This document shows positions 16,587 through 24,840 of a stretch of 32,000 bases of DNA, piece after piece; the stretch's first letter is position 1, and the number at the start of each line of letters is the position of its first letter. The notes under the pieces were generated by a model, which ran no database searches, was not told the origin of the DNA, and worked only from the letters and a program-made list of their open reading frames with translations. The translations under genes and the position numbers were made by a program. The DNA is from Longivirga aurantiaca (lineage in GTDB: Bacteria > Actinomycetota > Actinomycetes > S36-B12 > CAIYMF01), in assembly GCF_042660085.1 (NCBI RefSeq), contig NZ_JBHSTI010000008.1, forward strand, positions 420,001 to 452,000, read 5' to 3'.

Positions 16587-18818
16587 ATGGCCTGGTCCGA
16601 CAACCCGGAGCTCGCGGCGAGCTTCCGTCACGAGGCGGCGGAGCGCTCCGCGTCGCTGCGTGACGGGCTGCTCGCGCTCGAGGGCTCCGCGCAGCCGCGC
16701 CAGGCGGCGACCGCGCTCATGCGCGACGCCCACACCCTCAAGGGTTCCGCGACGATGTTCGGCGCCGCCGAGGTCGTCGAGCTCGCCCACCGCGCCGAGG
16801 ACCTCCTCGCCCGTGTGCGCGACGGCCGGGTGGCCGTGCGCCGCGATGTCATCGACCTGCTGCTGCTCGCGACCGAGCTGCTGTCCCGCTGGCGCCCGGG
16901 CGAGGAGTGGGCCGTGCCCGCCGACGTCCGCGCCGACACGCTCGTCTCGCTCGACGCCGCCATCTCGGGCCGGGAGTCGGTCGAGGTGCCGCGGCTGCCC
17001 GCCGAGCCGTCGCCCGTCGCGGCCGAGGCTCCCGACGCCGCAGCGGAGGAGCTGCCGTCGGCGCACGCAGGCGGTCGCCTCGGCGACCAGGTGAGGGTGC
17101 CGACCCGCCGCGTCCACGGGCTGCTCGACGTCGTCGGGGAGGCCGAGCTCGACGTGCGCCGGGTCGAGCGCCATACCCGCGAGCTGAGCGACCTCCTGTC
17201 CGAGCACCAGGTGCTGGTGAAGCAGCTGCGCGCCGCCCTGCTCGCGGGCGGCTCGGTCGGCGAGCTCGGCGACCGCGTCACCGCGATGGTGGGGGTCGGC
17301 GACCGCCTGCACGCCACCACCCGCGACCTGCGCTCCCGGACCGAGGACGCCGGCAACCGCCTCGCCCGCGTCCGCGACGGCGCGATGGGTCTCGCGATGG
17401 TGCCGGTACGCCGCGTGGCCGCCGCCTTCCCCGCGCTCGTCCGCGAGGTGGCGGGTGCCTCCGGCAAGGATGTCGAGCTGGTGCTCGACGGGGCGGACGT
17501 CGAGCTCGACGTCCGCGTGCTCGACGGCGTCGCCGACGCCCTGCGCCACCTCGTGACCAACGCCGTCGACCACGGGTGCGAGACGCCCGACGGCCGTGCC
17601 GCCGCCGGCAAGCCGCGACGGGCCATCGTCACCCTGGCCGCCCGCACGGCGGGCTCCTCCGCCGTGGTCGAGGTGGCCGACGACGGCGCCGGTGTCGACG
17701 ACGACCTGCTCCGCGAGATCGCGGTCCGCCGCGGCTACCTTCCCGAGGGCACCACGGCGTCGGGGTCGGTGCTGCACCAGGTGCTGTTCGAACCCGGCTT
17801 CTCCACGCGCGAGGACGTCACGACCACGTCCGGCCGCGGCGTCGGCCTCGACGTGGTGCGCTCCGCGGTGCAGGAGCTCGGCGGCACGATCGAGGTCGTC
17901 AGCACGCTCGGCCTCGGCACCCGGTTCATCCTCACGCTCCCCGTCACCCTCGGTGTGGCCCGCTGCCTGCTCGTCCGCTGCGGCACCGAGCGGTACGCCG
18001 TCCCCCTCGCCGGAGTGGTCGAGACCCTGTCGCTCGGCGACGTGGCCGTGCACGACGTGGCCGGCTCGCTCGTGATCTCGCGCGAGGACTCGGGCGCGAC
18101 GATGCCGCTCGCCGACCTCGGCGAGGTGCTCGGCGTCGTGGGGGCCCGATCGCCGCGCGCGGTCGTCGTCGCCCGTCTGACCGGTGAGTCGGTCGCGTGG
18201 GCGGTCGACGAGGTGGAGTCCGAGCGCGAGGTCGTCGTGAAGAGCCTCGGCGACTTCCTGGGCCGGGTCCCGGGAGCGGCCGGCGCCACGATCGACGACG
18301 ACGGCTCGGTGCTCCTGCTCGTCGACCTCCGCGAGCTGGCGCTGCGCTGGACCGGCTCTGCCTCGCTCGGCGCCGGCGTGCCCGAGCCGCTCGCCACCGA
18401 GACCTCCGGCGCCGCACCGCGCGAGCGCGACACCGCCGAGGGCCAGGGCCGGGCCCGGGTGCTCGTCGTCGAGGACTCCCTCGGCGTGCGCGAGCTCCAG
18501 CGGTCGATCCTCGAGGGCGCCGGGTACGACGTCGTCACGGCGGTCGACGGCCTCGACGGCGCGGCTCGGCTGCAGGGCGGACCGGTCGACCTCGTGCTCT
18601 CGGACGTCGAGATGCCGGGCATGGACGGCTTCACCCTCACGCGCACCATCCGCAAGACCCGCGGCTGGGAGAACGTCCCCGTCGTGATCATGACCTCGCG
18701 CGGCGACGACGCCGACAAGCGCGCCGGGCTCGACGCCGGCGCGGACGCCTACCTGCTGAAGCGGGAGTTCGACCAGCGCGCGCTGGTCGACACCGTGCGT
18801 CGGCTCGTGGGCCGGTGA
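16587..18818 (+). CDS. cheA: Hybrid CheA histidine kinase with a C-terminal receiver domain (Hpt-dimerisation-HATPase-CheW-REC)
   Basis: Hpt His in MRDAHTLKGSATMFG. P3 is VRVPTRRVHGLLDVVGEAEL. P4 is NAVDHG...DDGAGVD...TSGRGVGLDVV...GTRFILTLP, followed by a P5 CheW-like region. REC is VLVVEDS...DLVLSDVEMPGMDG...VIMTS...AYLLK. Confidence 0.92.
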   Translation: MAWSDNPELAASFRHEAAERSASLRDGLLALEGSAQPRQAATALMRDAHTLKGSATMFGAAEVVELAHRAEDLLARVRDGRVAVRRDVIDLLLLATELLSRWRPGEEWAVPADVRADTLVSLDAAISGRESVEVPRLPAEPSPVAAEAPDAAAEELPSAHAGGRLGDQVRVPTRRVHGLLDVVGEAELDVRRVERHTRELSDLLSEHQVLVKQLRAALLAGGSVGELGDRVTAMVGVGDRLHATTRDLRSRTEDAGNRLARVRDGAMGLAMVPVRRVAAAFPALVREVAGASGKDVELVLDGADVELDVRVLDGVADALRHLVTNAVDHGCETPDGRAAAGKPRRAIVTLAARTAGSSAVVEVADDGAGVDDDLLREIAVRRGYLPEGTTASGSVLHQVLFEPGFSTREDVTTTSGRGVGLDVVRSAVQELGGTIEVVSTLGLGTRFILTLPVTLGVARCLLVRCGTERYAVPLAGVVETLSLGDVAVHDVAGSLVISREDSGATMPLADLGEVLGVVGARSPRAVVVARLTGESVAWAVDEVESEREVVVKSLGDFLGRVPGAAGATIDDDGSVLLLVDLRELALRWTGSASLGAGVPEPLATETSGAAPRERDTAEGQGRARVLVVEDSLGVRELQRSILEGAGYDVVTAVDGLDGAARLQGGPVDLVLSDVEMPGMDGFTLTRTIRKTRGWENVPVVIMTSRGDDADKRAGLDAGADAYLLKREFDQRALVDTVRRLVGR

Positions 18819-18851
18819 GACCCATGACGGGTGCAGAGGCAAGGACAGAGG

Positions 18852-18873
18852 CGCGTGCGGCAGGGACCGCACG
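18852..18873 (+). promoter_or_regulatory. Small intercistronic hairpin between cheA-REC and the REC-GAF gene
   Basis: 8-bp stem GCGTGCGG / CCGCACGC with a 6-nt loop. It sits in the 88-nt gap and is flanked by the purine-rich direct repeats CAGAGGC. Confidence 0.3.
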
Positions 18874-18906
18874 CCTCCGGAGCGCGACGACGGAAGAGGC
18901 GACGAC

Positions 18907-19905
18907 ATGACGTACGGGAAGCCCACGGCAGTGGTGGCGGACGACAGCCCCACCCTGCGTCGGATCGTGACCGGCGTGCTGCAGGACGCCGGCTTCGAGG
19001 TCGTCCTTGCCGAGGACGGCGTCGAGGCGGTGCAGGCGGTCTTCCGCACGATGCCCGACGTCGTGATCCTCGACGTCCAGATGCCGCGCGTGTCCGGCTA
19101 CGTGGCCGCGCGGGTGCTGAAGGACGACTGGCAGACGGCGGACCTGCCCGTGCTCTTCCTCACCTCCCTGAACGCCGCGAGCGACCGCTACTGGGGCGCT
19201 CGCGCGGGTGCCGAGCGGTTCCTCACCAAGGACTTCGAGGCGCCCGAGCTGGTCGAGGCCGTCCGTGGCGCGATCCTGACCGCGGAGCGGGCCCGGGGCG
19301 GGCGGCAGTCGATCAAGGCCGACCCGCTCGAGCTGACCGACGACGACGTGCTGGCGCGGGTCTGCGACCTGTTGGACCGCAAGCTGTTCGAGGCGTCGGT
19401 GACGCAGGACGTCACGACCATCGCGGCCGACGTGCACGGGTTCGAGGAGACCGTGGCCGCCGTGCTGTCGGCGATGGAGGCGATCGTCGACTGCGACCTC
19501 GCCGCCGTGCTGCTGCTCGACCCGCACCGCGAGGCCCCGGACGCGACGTACGTGTCGGTGGCACGTGAGGTGACCGACCAGCAGTACCTCGAGATGCTCG
19601 AGGCGATCGCCGGTGCGGCCGAGCAGGCGACCGGTGTGCCGACCGCCGCGCACGAGCTGCTGCCGATGATCGCCGACCCGCACGGCCGTCTCGGCGCCGC
19701 GGACGCGGACACCGTCGAGAACCCCGGTCTCGCGACGTTCCTGTCGATGCCGCTGCGTGCGGGCGGGCGGCTGCTCGGTGTGCTGGCCCTGTCGAGCTCG
19801 TCGCCGAACGCCTTCGGGGAGTCGGCGCTCACCACGCTGCGCCTCGTCGCGCCGCCTGCGGCCGTCGTGATCGACCACGCCCGCCTGTCCGGCGTACGGG
19901 TCTAG
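18907..19905 (+). CDS. Response regulator with a receiver domain and a C-terminal GAF-like domain; no DNA-binding or enzymatic output recognised
   Basis: REC motifs: VVADDS, DVVILDVQMPRVSG, VLFLTS, FLTKD. The C-terminal ~170 aa has GAF-like features (CDLAAVLLLD..., SMPLRAGGRLLGVLALSS). Confidence 0.8.
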   Translation: MTYGKPTAVVADDSPTLRRIVTGVLQDAGFEVVLAEDGVEAVQAVFRTMPDVVILDVQMPRVSGYVAARVLKDDWQTADLPVLFLTSLNAASDRYWGARAGAERFLTKDFEAPELVEAVRGAILTAERARGGRQSIKADPLELTDDDVLARVCDLLDRKLFEASVTQDVTTIAADVHGFEETVAAVLSAMEAIVDCDLAAVLLLDPHREAPDATYVSVAREVTDQQYLEMLEAIAGAAEQATGVPTAAHELLPMIADPHGRLGAADADTVENPGLATFLSMPLRAGGRLLGVLALSSSSPNAFGESALTTLRLVAPPAAVVIDHARLSGVRV

Positions 19906-19953
19906 TCCGCCTCCCGCCGGGCTTCGACCCGCCCACAGGGTTAGGGTCGCCTT

Positions 19954-20481
19954 ATGGGCGCTGCGGAGATCGGGATGGGAGCCGTCCGCGCGGCGGAGTT
20001 CCGCACGGTCATGAGCCGGTTCGCCACCGGTGTCACCGTGGTGACCTGCGTGCAGGAGGGGTTCGACCACGCGATGACGGCGAACGCGTTCGCCTCGGTG
20101 TCGCTCGACCCCGCGCTCGTGCTGGTCTGCGTGGAGGACGACTCCCGGTTCCACGAGGCCGTGCTCCATGCCGGGGCGTGGAACGTGAACGTGCTCGAGG
20201 AGGGCCAGCGCGGGCGCGCCTCCTGGTTCGCCACCAGCGGCCGGCCCCTCGTGGGGCAGTTCGACACGACCCCCACCCGGCGCTCCGCCGAGACGGGTGC
20301 GCTGCTCCTCGACGGCTGCCTCGCCACGCTCGAGTGCGTGACCGAGTCGGTGCACCGTGCCGGCGACCACGACATCCTCATCGGCCGAGTGCTGGGCATG
20401 GAGCTCGCCCGGCCCGAGGGGCGGCCGCTGCTCTACTTCGCGAGCTCCTACGGCACGCTCGGTGATCCCGCCGCGCGATGA
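19954..20481 (+). CDS. Flavin reductase family protein (HpaC/NADH:FMN oxidoreductase-like)
   Basis: FRTVMSRFATGVTVVTC...DHAMTANAFASVSLDPALVLVCV is the typical flavin_reduct domain pattern. Length is 175 aa. Confidence 0.85.
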   Translation: MGAAEIGMGAVRAAEFRTVMSRFATGVTVVTCVQEGFDHAMTANAFASVSLDPALVLVCVEDDSRFHEAVLHAGAWNVNVLEEGQRGRASWFATSGRPLVGQFDTTPTRRSAETGALLLDGCLATLECVTESVHRAGDHDILIGRVLGMELARPEGRPLLYFASSYGTLGDPAAR

Positions 20482-20715
20482 GGCCTCCCGAGGCGCTCGT
20501 CCGCGTGCGCAGGGTGACGACCCGGTGACTCCGTACCGCAGTCCGGACGGAACCGTCCCGCTGGGCGGCGCGTCGCACGTAACGGACGACCGAGCACACC
20601 CTCCGAGCCTTTACCCTGGTACCACCCCGTCGCGTCCCCCGCGACCCTCCCGGACGCCGCGGTCCGCGGCTCGGTCGAGGTCGGGACGACGACGCCGACC
20701 CTCCTGGACTCACCT

Positions 20716-22548
20716 GTGACTGCCACGCCCGACACCACCTCGCCCGACCAGACCGCGCCGGACCCTGCGTCCCGCGGCTGGCAGCGACCCCTGTTGTGGG
20801 TGGGTATCGCGGTGCTGCTGCTCGGGGCGTTCTACGCCGCCCTGGTCGCCTCCAGCGGCGACGGCCTGCCCCGTGGGGCGAAGGTCCTCGGTGTGGACGT
20901 CGGCGGCCTCTCCGAGGCCGAGGCGGCCGCGAAGCTCGACGCCGAGCTCGGGCCGGCGGCGACCGACCCCGTCAACGCCACCATCGGCGAGGACTCGGTC
21001 AGCATCGTGCCCGCGGACGCCGGCCTCAGCTTCGACGCCGAGGCCACGGTCGACGGCTACGCCGGCCGTATCTGGAACCCCGTCACGCTGATCCTGCAGT
21101 TCACCGGCGGCCCGACGCTGGCGCCGGTCATCGGTGTCGACCAGGCCGCGCTCGAGGCCACGGTGAAGCAGCTCGCGATCGACAGCGACACCGCGCCGGT
21201 CGAGCCGAGCATCGAGGTGCGCGGGTCCGACGCCGTCCTCATCAACGGCATCAACGGCCGTGCGATGGACCAGCCGGCGGCCGTCCAGGCGCTGGCATCG
21301 GCGTACCTCGTGTCGACCCAGACCGTCGACCTCCCCGAGATCGAGACCACCCCGTCGGTGCCCCAGGACAAGGCCGACGCGGCGCTGGTCGTCGCGAAGG
21401 CTGCGATCTCCGGGCCCGTGACCGTGAAGGCCGGCAAGGTGACGGCGGACATCCCCGCCGAGGCGATCGGCCGCGCCCTCGCATTCACCCCGGAGAACGG
21501 CGAGCTGGTCGGCTCGCTCGACGGCGCGATCCTGCGCACCTCGATCGAGGACGACCTCGCGCCGGTCGAGAAGCCCGGCCGTGACGCCACCTGGGATGTC
21601 TCGAGCGGCAAGCCCGTCATCGTGCCGTCCAAGGTCGGCAGGGGCATCAACCCGGACGACCTCGCGGTCGCGGTCGCCGGTGTCATGGGCCAGACCTCCG
21701 CCGCAGCCCGCGTCGTGACGCCGGAGCTCGGGACGATCCAGCCGAAGCTCACCACCGAGCAGGCCGAGAAGCTCGGTGTGGTGGAGAAGCTGGGCTCGTT
21801 CACGCAGAACTTCCCGTACGCCGCCTACCGCGTGCAGAACATCGGCACCGCCGCCCGTTACATCAACGGGACCCTGCTCAAGCCCGGCGAGGTGTTCTCC
21901 CTGAACAAGATCATCAAGGAGCGCACGGTCGCCAACGGCTACACCAAGGGCTTCGTGATCGGCCCGGGCGGCGTGTTCAAGGAGGACCAGGGCGGCGGCG
22001 TCTCGGCGTCGGCCACCACGGCCTGGTCCGCGGCGTTCTACTCCGGTCTCGAGCGCGTCTACACCCAGGCGCACTCGATCTGGATCCCGCGCTACCGCGC
22101 GGGCCTCGAGGCCACGGTGGCCTGGGGCGCGTTCGATATGAAGTTCAGGAACGACACCAAGAACGGCGTCTTCATCACGACCGTGATGACGAACACCTCG
22201 ATGACCATGACCCTCTGGGGCACCAAGGTCTACGACGACATCCGGGCCGTCTCGAGCGCGAAGCGCAACACCGTGCCGTTCGACACGCTGTACGACCCGT
22301 CGCCGACCTGCAACGCGCAGGGCGGCCAGGTCGGCTTCACGATCGACGTGTTCCGGGTCTTCATCAAGGACGGCAAGGAGGTCAAGCGGGAGAAGATCAC
22401 CACCCGCTACCGCCCCTCGCCGACGGTCATCTGCGGCACCGACCCCAAGGACGAGCCGACCCCGTCGCCCTCGCCCTCGGGATCGAGCACGAAGTCCCCC
22501 TCGCCCAAGCCGTCGTCCACCAAGTCCCCGTCGCCGTCAGCGACCTGA
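20716..22548 (+). CDS. VanW-domain membrane-anchored protein with a Pro/Ser-rich C-terminal tail
   Basis: N-terminal TM helix (LLWVGIAVLLLGAFYAALVA). YoaR-like region (VLGVDVGGLSEAEAAAKLDAEL). VanW core (FPYAAYRVQNIGTAARYINGTLLKPGEVFSLN...GGGVSASATTAWSAAFYSG). Tail is PTPSPSPSGSSTKSPSPKPSSTKSPSPSAT. Confidence 0.85.
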   Translation: MTATPDTTSPDQTAPDPASRGWQRPLLWVGIAVLLLGAFYAALVASSGDGLPRGAKVLGVDVGGLSEAEAAAKLDAELGPAATDPVNATIGEDSVSIVPADAGLSFDAEATVDGYAGRIWNPVTLILQFTGGPTLAPVIGVDQAALEATVKQLAIDSDTAPVEPSIEVRGSDAVLINGINGRAMDQPAAVQALASAYLVSTQTVDLPEIETTPSVPQDKADAALVVAKAAISGPVTVKAGKVTADIPAEAIGRALAFTPENGELVGSLDGAILRTSIEDDLAPVEKPGRDATWDVSSGKPVIVPSKVGRGINPDDLAVAVAGVMGQTSAAARVVTPELGTIQPKLTTEQAEKLGVVEKLGSFTQNFPYAAYRVQNIGTAARYINGTLLKPGEVFSLNKIIKERTVANGYTKGFVIGPGGVFKEDQGGGVSASATTAWSAAFYSGLERVYTQAHSIWIPRYRAGLEATVAWGAFDMKFRNDTKNGVFITTVMTNTSMTMTLWGTKVYDDIRAVSSAKRNTVPFDTLYDPSPTCNAQGGQVGFTIDVFRVFIKDGKEVKREKITTRYRPSPTVICGTDPKDEPTPSPSPSGSSTKSPSPKPSSTKSPSPSAT

Positions 22549-22757
22549 CGCCGCACCGCCCCTCCTCCGGGTGAGCGGGCTCCTGAGCGTCCCAGCGTCG
22601 CGCGCGCCTCGGAGGTGCCGACGTCGCGCGCTCAACGGTGACGCCAGGTATGCGCTCGCAGGCTCTTGCGTCATTGTCGTGCGCGGAGCGTGACCGTCCA
22701 GGAGACTGCGCAGACGGCTCGTGGGGGGATCCCCGGCCCCGTACACCGGAGGACTAC

Positions 22758-24770
22758 GTGCCGCTCGCCTTCTCGCCGTCCTGGGACGGTTCGTTCGCAC
22801 GACGCACCGGCGCCGTTGCTGCTGCCGGCCTGGCGCTCGCCACCCTGCCCGTGCTGGGAGCGGATGCCGCCACCGTGAACGAAGGCAGCCGCGATACGTC
22901 CTTCAGCAGCGACGCTGTGGCGGAGATCCCGCGGAGCTCGATCTCGTCCGCCGAGTTCGGCTCCGATGTGGACGTGCAGGCGGACGGTCGGGCGGTGGTG
23001 GTGGGGTCGGCGAGCACCACCAGCGGCCAGCGCGGCGTGGTGTACCGGCTGACGACCTCGGGCGCTCGCGACACGACGTTCTCCGGCGACGGGCGACTGC
23101 TCGTGTCGGCCGCTGGCGCGGCCCTCAACCTGACGGCCGTCGCGGTGATGGCTGATGGACGGATCGTCGTCGCGGGTCAGACGGTCGACGCCGACTCGGC
23201 GTTCGTGGTCGTGCGGTTGACCACCGACGGGGGGCTCGACAAGACGTTCGACACCGATGGCGTGGCCATCTTCAACCCGACGGCCCCAGGATCGGACGCG
23301 CCGATCGGTGTGGCGGTGCGTGCCGACGGGAGGGTGCTCGTCGCTGGCCGGACCCCGACCGGCGCGATCCTCGTGCGGTTCTCGAGCGCGGGCGTGCTCG
23401 ACACCGGCTTCGCCAACGGGTTCACCTACGAGACCGTCACCAACCTCACCAACCCGCTCGGGATGACGGTCGACCCCTCGGGGCGCGCCGTGATCGTGGG
23501 CTCCGTCGGCACCCCCGCGGCCAACCAGGACGCGTCGATCGCTCGGTTCACCGCCGAGGGCGTGCTCGACACCACCTTCGACGTCGACGGCACCAGGGTC
23601 CTCGTCGCGTCCGTCGGTGCCGCCGACTCACTGTTCGGTGTGGGCATCGATCCGTTCGGCCGGATCGTCGCGGGTGGACGGGCCAGCATCGGAGGCGTGC
23701 GGCGCGTGCTGGGCGTGCGCCTCCTGGACTCGGGGGCCAACGACCCGTCCTGGGCAGGCGGCGCATTCGCCACGCCGGAGCTGCCTGTCGGCGCGGGCGC
23801 GCCTCCCATTGACGCGTTGGTCCAGTCCGTCGCCCTGACGCGCGACGGGCGGCCGCTGCTCTCGATCGAGGACGGCGGCCTCCGCGCGCTCGTCGTCCGC
23901 TTGACGTCCGCAGGCGCCCTCGACACGACCTTCGGGCAGACCGGTACAGACGGTCTCGCGTCCGCCTCCTTCCCGAACCCCGGGGGAGGCGTCCAGCCGC
24001 TGCTGGTCGAGGGGATGGATGTCGGGCGCGACGGTCGGATCACCGTCGCAGGAACGATCGACTACGCGGGGGCGGCAGGCACGCGGATGATGGCGGCCCG
24101 TCTGCTGGGTGACCGCACGCCGCCGTCCGCGGCGGCCATGGTGGCCGTGCCGACCATCAGCGTGCTGGGCACGCGGACCATCGGCTGGACCGCAGGTGAC
24201 GACAACACCGGCGTGGCGTCGTACGACGTGCTCTACAGCGCGGCCACGGCGACGTCGGGTTCATTCGGTGCGCTCACCACCTGGAAGTCGCGGACGCCGT
24301 CGAAGACGGGCTCGTTCACCGGCGCGCCGGGGGTCACTTATTGCTTCAGGGCACGCGCGTACGACCGCGCAGCCAACGAGGGCGCCGCAGGTGGTCGCAG
24401 CTGCTTGGCGTTCCCGGTCGACGACCGCGCACTGACGCGTAGCGGCTCGTGGTCCGCCAGCACCAGCAGCGCCGACTACCGCGGCACCACCCTGCGCTCC
24501 ACGACGCTCGGCTCGTCGCTCAGCCTCGCGGGGGCCGACTACCGCCGCCTGGCCCTGGTGGCCACCACCTGCGCCGCGTGTGGCTCGGTGAAGGTCTACC
24601 GCGGGAGCACGCTGCTCACGACGATCTCGTTGGTCTCGGCCACGACCAAGCACCGCGTGGTCATCCCCATCTCGGGCTCCTCGACGATCCGCTCGGGGAC
24701 GATCACGGTGCGCCAGGCGTCGAGCGGCAAGGCCGTCATCATCGACGGACTCGTCGTCGCACTCCTCTGA
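22758..24770 (+). CDS. Secreted protein with about 7 delta-60-type repeats (predicted beta-propeller) plus C-terminal Ig/Fn3-like and beta-rich domains
   Basis: A unit of about 55-60 aa recurs seven times: G-x-LDTTF-x-x-DG ... DGR(I/V)VVAG. The signal-peptide-like FARRTGAVAAAGLALATLPVLGADA follows a GTG at 22758, which has GGAGGA 4 nt upstream. The track ORF start at 22638 adds 40 non-signal residues. Confidence 0.75.
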   Translation: MPLAFSPSWDGSFARRTGAVAAAGLALATLPVLGADAATVNEGSRDTSFSSDAVAEIPRSSISSAEFGSDVDVQADGRAVVVGSASTTSGQRGVVYRLTTSGARDTTFSGDGRLLVSAAGAALNLTAVAVMADGRIVVAGQTVDADSAFVVVRLTTDGGLDKTFDTDGVAIFNPTAPGSDAPIGVAVRADGRVLVAGRTPTGAILVRFSSAGVLDTGFANGFTYETVTNLTNPLGMTVDPSGRAVIVGSVGTPAANQDASIARFTAEGVLDTTFDVDGTRVLVASVGAADSLFGVGIDPFGRIVAGGRASIGGVRRVLGVRLLDSGANDPSWAGGAFATPELPVGAGAPPIDALVQSVALTRDGRPLLSIEDGGLRALVVRLTSAGALDTTFGQTGTDGLASASFPNPGGGVQPLLVEGMDVGRDGRITVAGTIDYAGAAGTRMMAARLLGDRTPPSAAAMVAVPTISVLGTRTIGWTAGDDNTGVASYDVLYSAATATSGSFGALTTWKSRTPSKTGSFTGAPGVTYCFRARAYDRAANEGAAGGRSCLAFPVDDRALTRSGSWSASTSSADYRGTTLRSTTLGSSLSLAGADYRRLALVATTCAACGSVKVYRGSTLLTTISLVSATTKHRVVIPISGSSTIRSGTITVRQASSGKAVIIDGLVVALL

Positions 24771-24840
24771 GCCGGCTGCCGCTCGGGCGGCCATCGCAGG
24801 CCGGTCGGTGCCGCGCCTCCTTGCCCAGCGGGGCCCATGA

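Noticed and set aside
16581-19049. 822-aa minus-strand ORF opposite cheA-REC.
   Set aside because: The plus frame encodes complete Hpt, HATPase, CheW and REC domains. The minus-frame product has no motifs and has typical antisense composition.
20482-20715. Possible riboswitch (for example the cyclic-di-AMP/ydaO type seen upstream of actinobacterial cell-wall genes) in the VanW leader.
   Set aside because: I could not find the conserved ydaO core segments or any other riboswitch consensus I know, only generic GC palindromes. An Rfam covariance scan would be needed.
22638-22757. A 40-codon N-terminal extension of the delta-60 repeat protein (track ORF start at 22638).
   Set aside because: The extension lacks signal-peptide character, whereas the GTG at 22758 has GGAGGA upstream and is followed at once by a signal peptide. 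The call is uncertain.
22885-24110. Periodic repetition that might be mistaken for a tandem DNA repeat or CRISPR-like array.
   Set aside because: The periodicity (~165-180 nt) is at the protein level (delta-60 units) inside one continuous ORF. The nucleotide copies are divergent, and there are no short identical repeats with unique spacers.
22758-24770. Atypical codon usage (AGG at 23331, 23595 and 24348; GGA, ACT, TAT, TTG) suggesting recent horizontal transfer of the delta-60 gene.
   Set aside because: AGG and other rare codons also occur in the transporter genes (for example 5351 and around 7101), so the impression cannot be substantiated by eye. It needs a computed CAI or k-mer profile.
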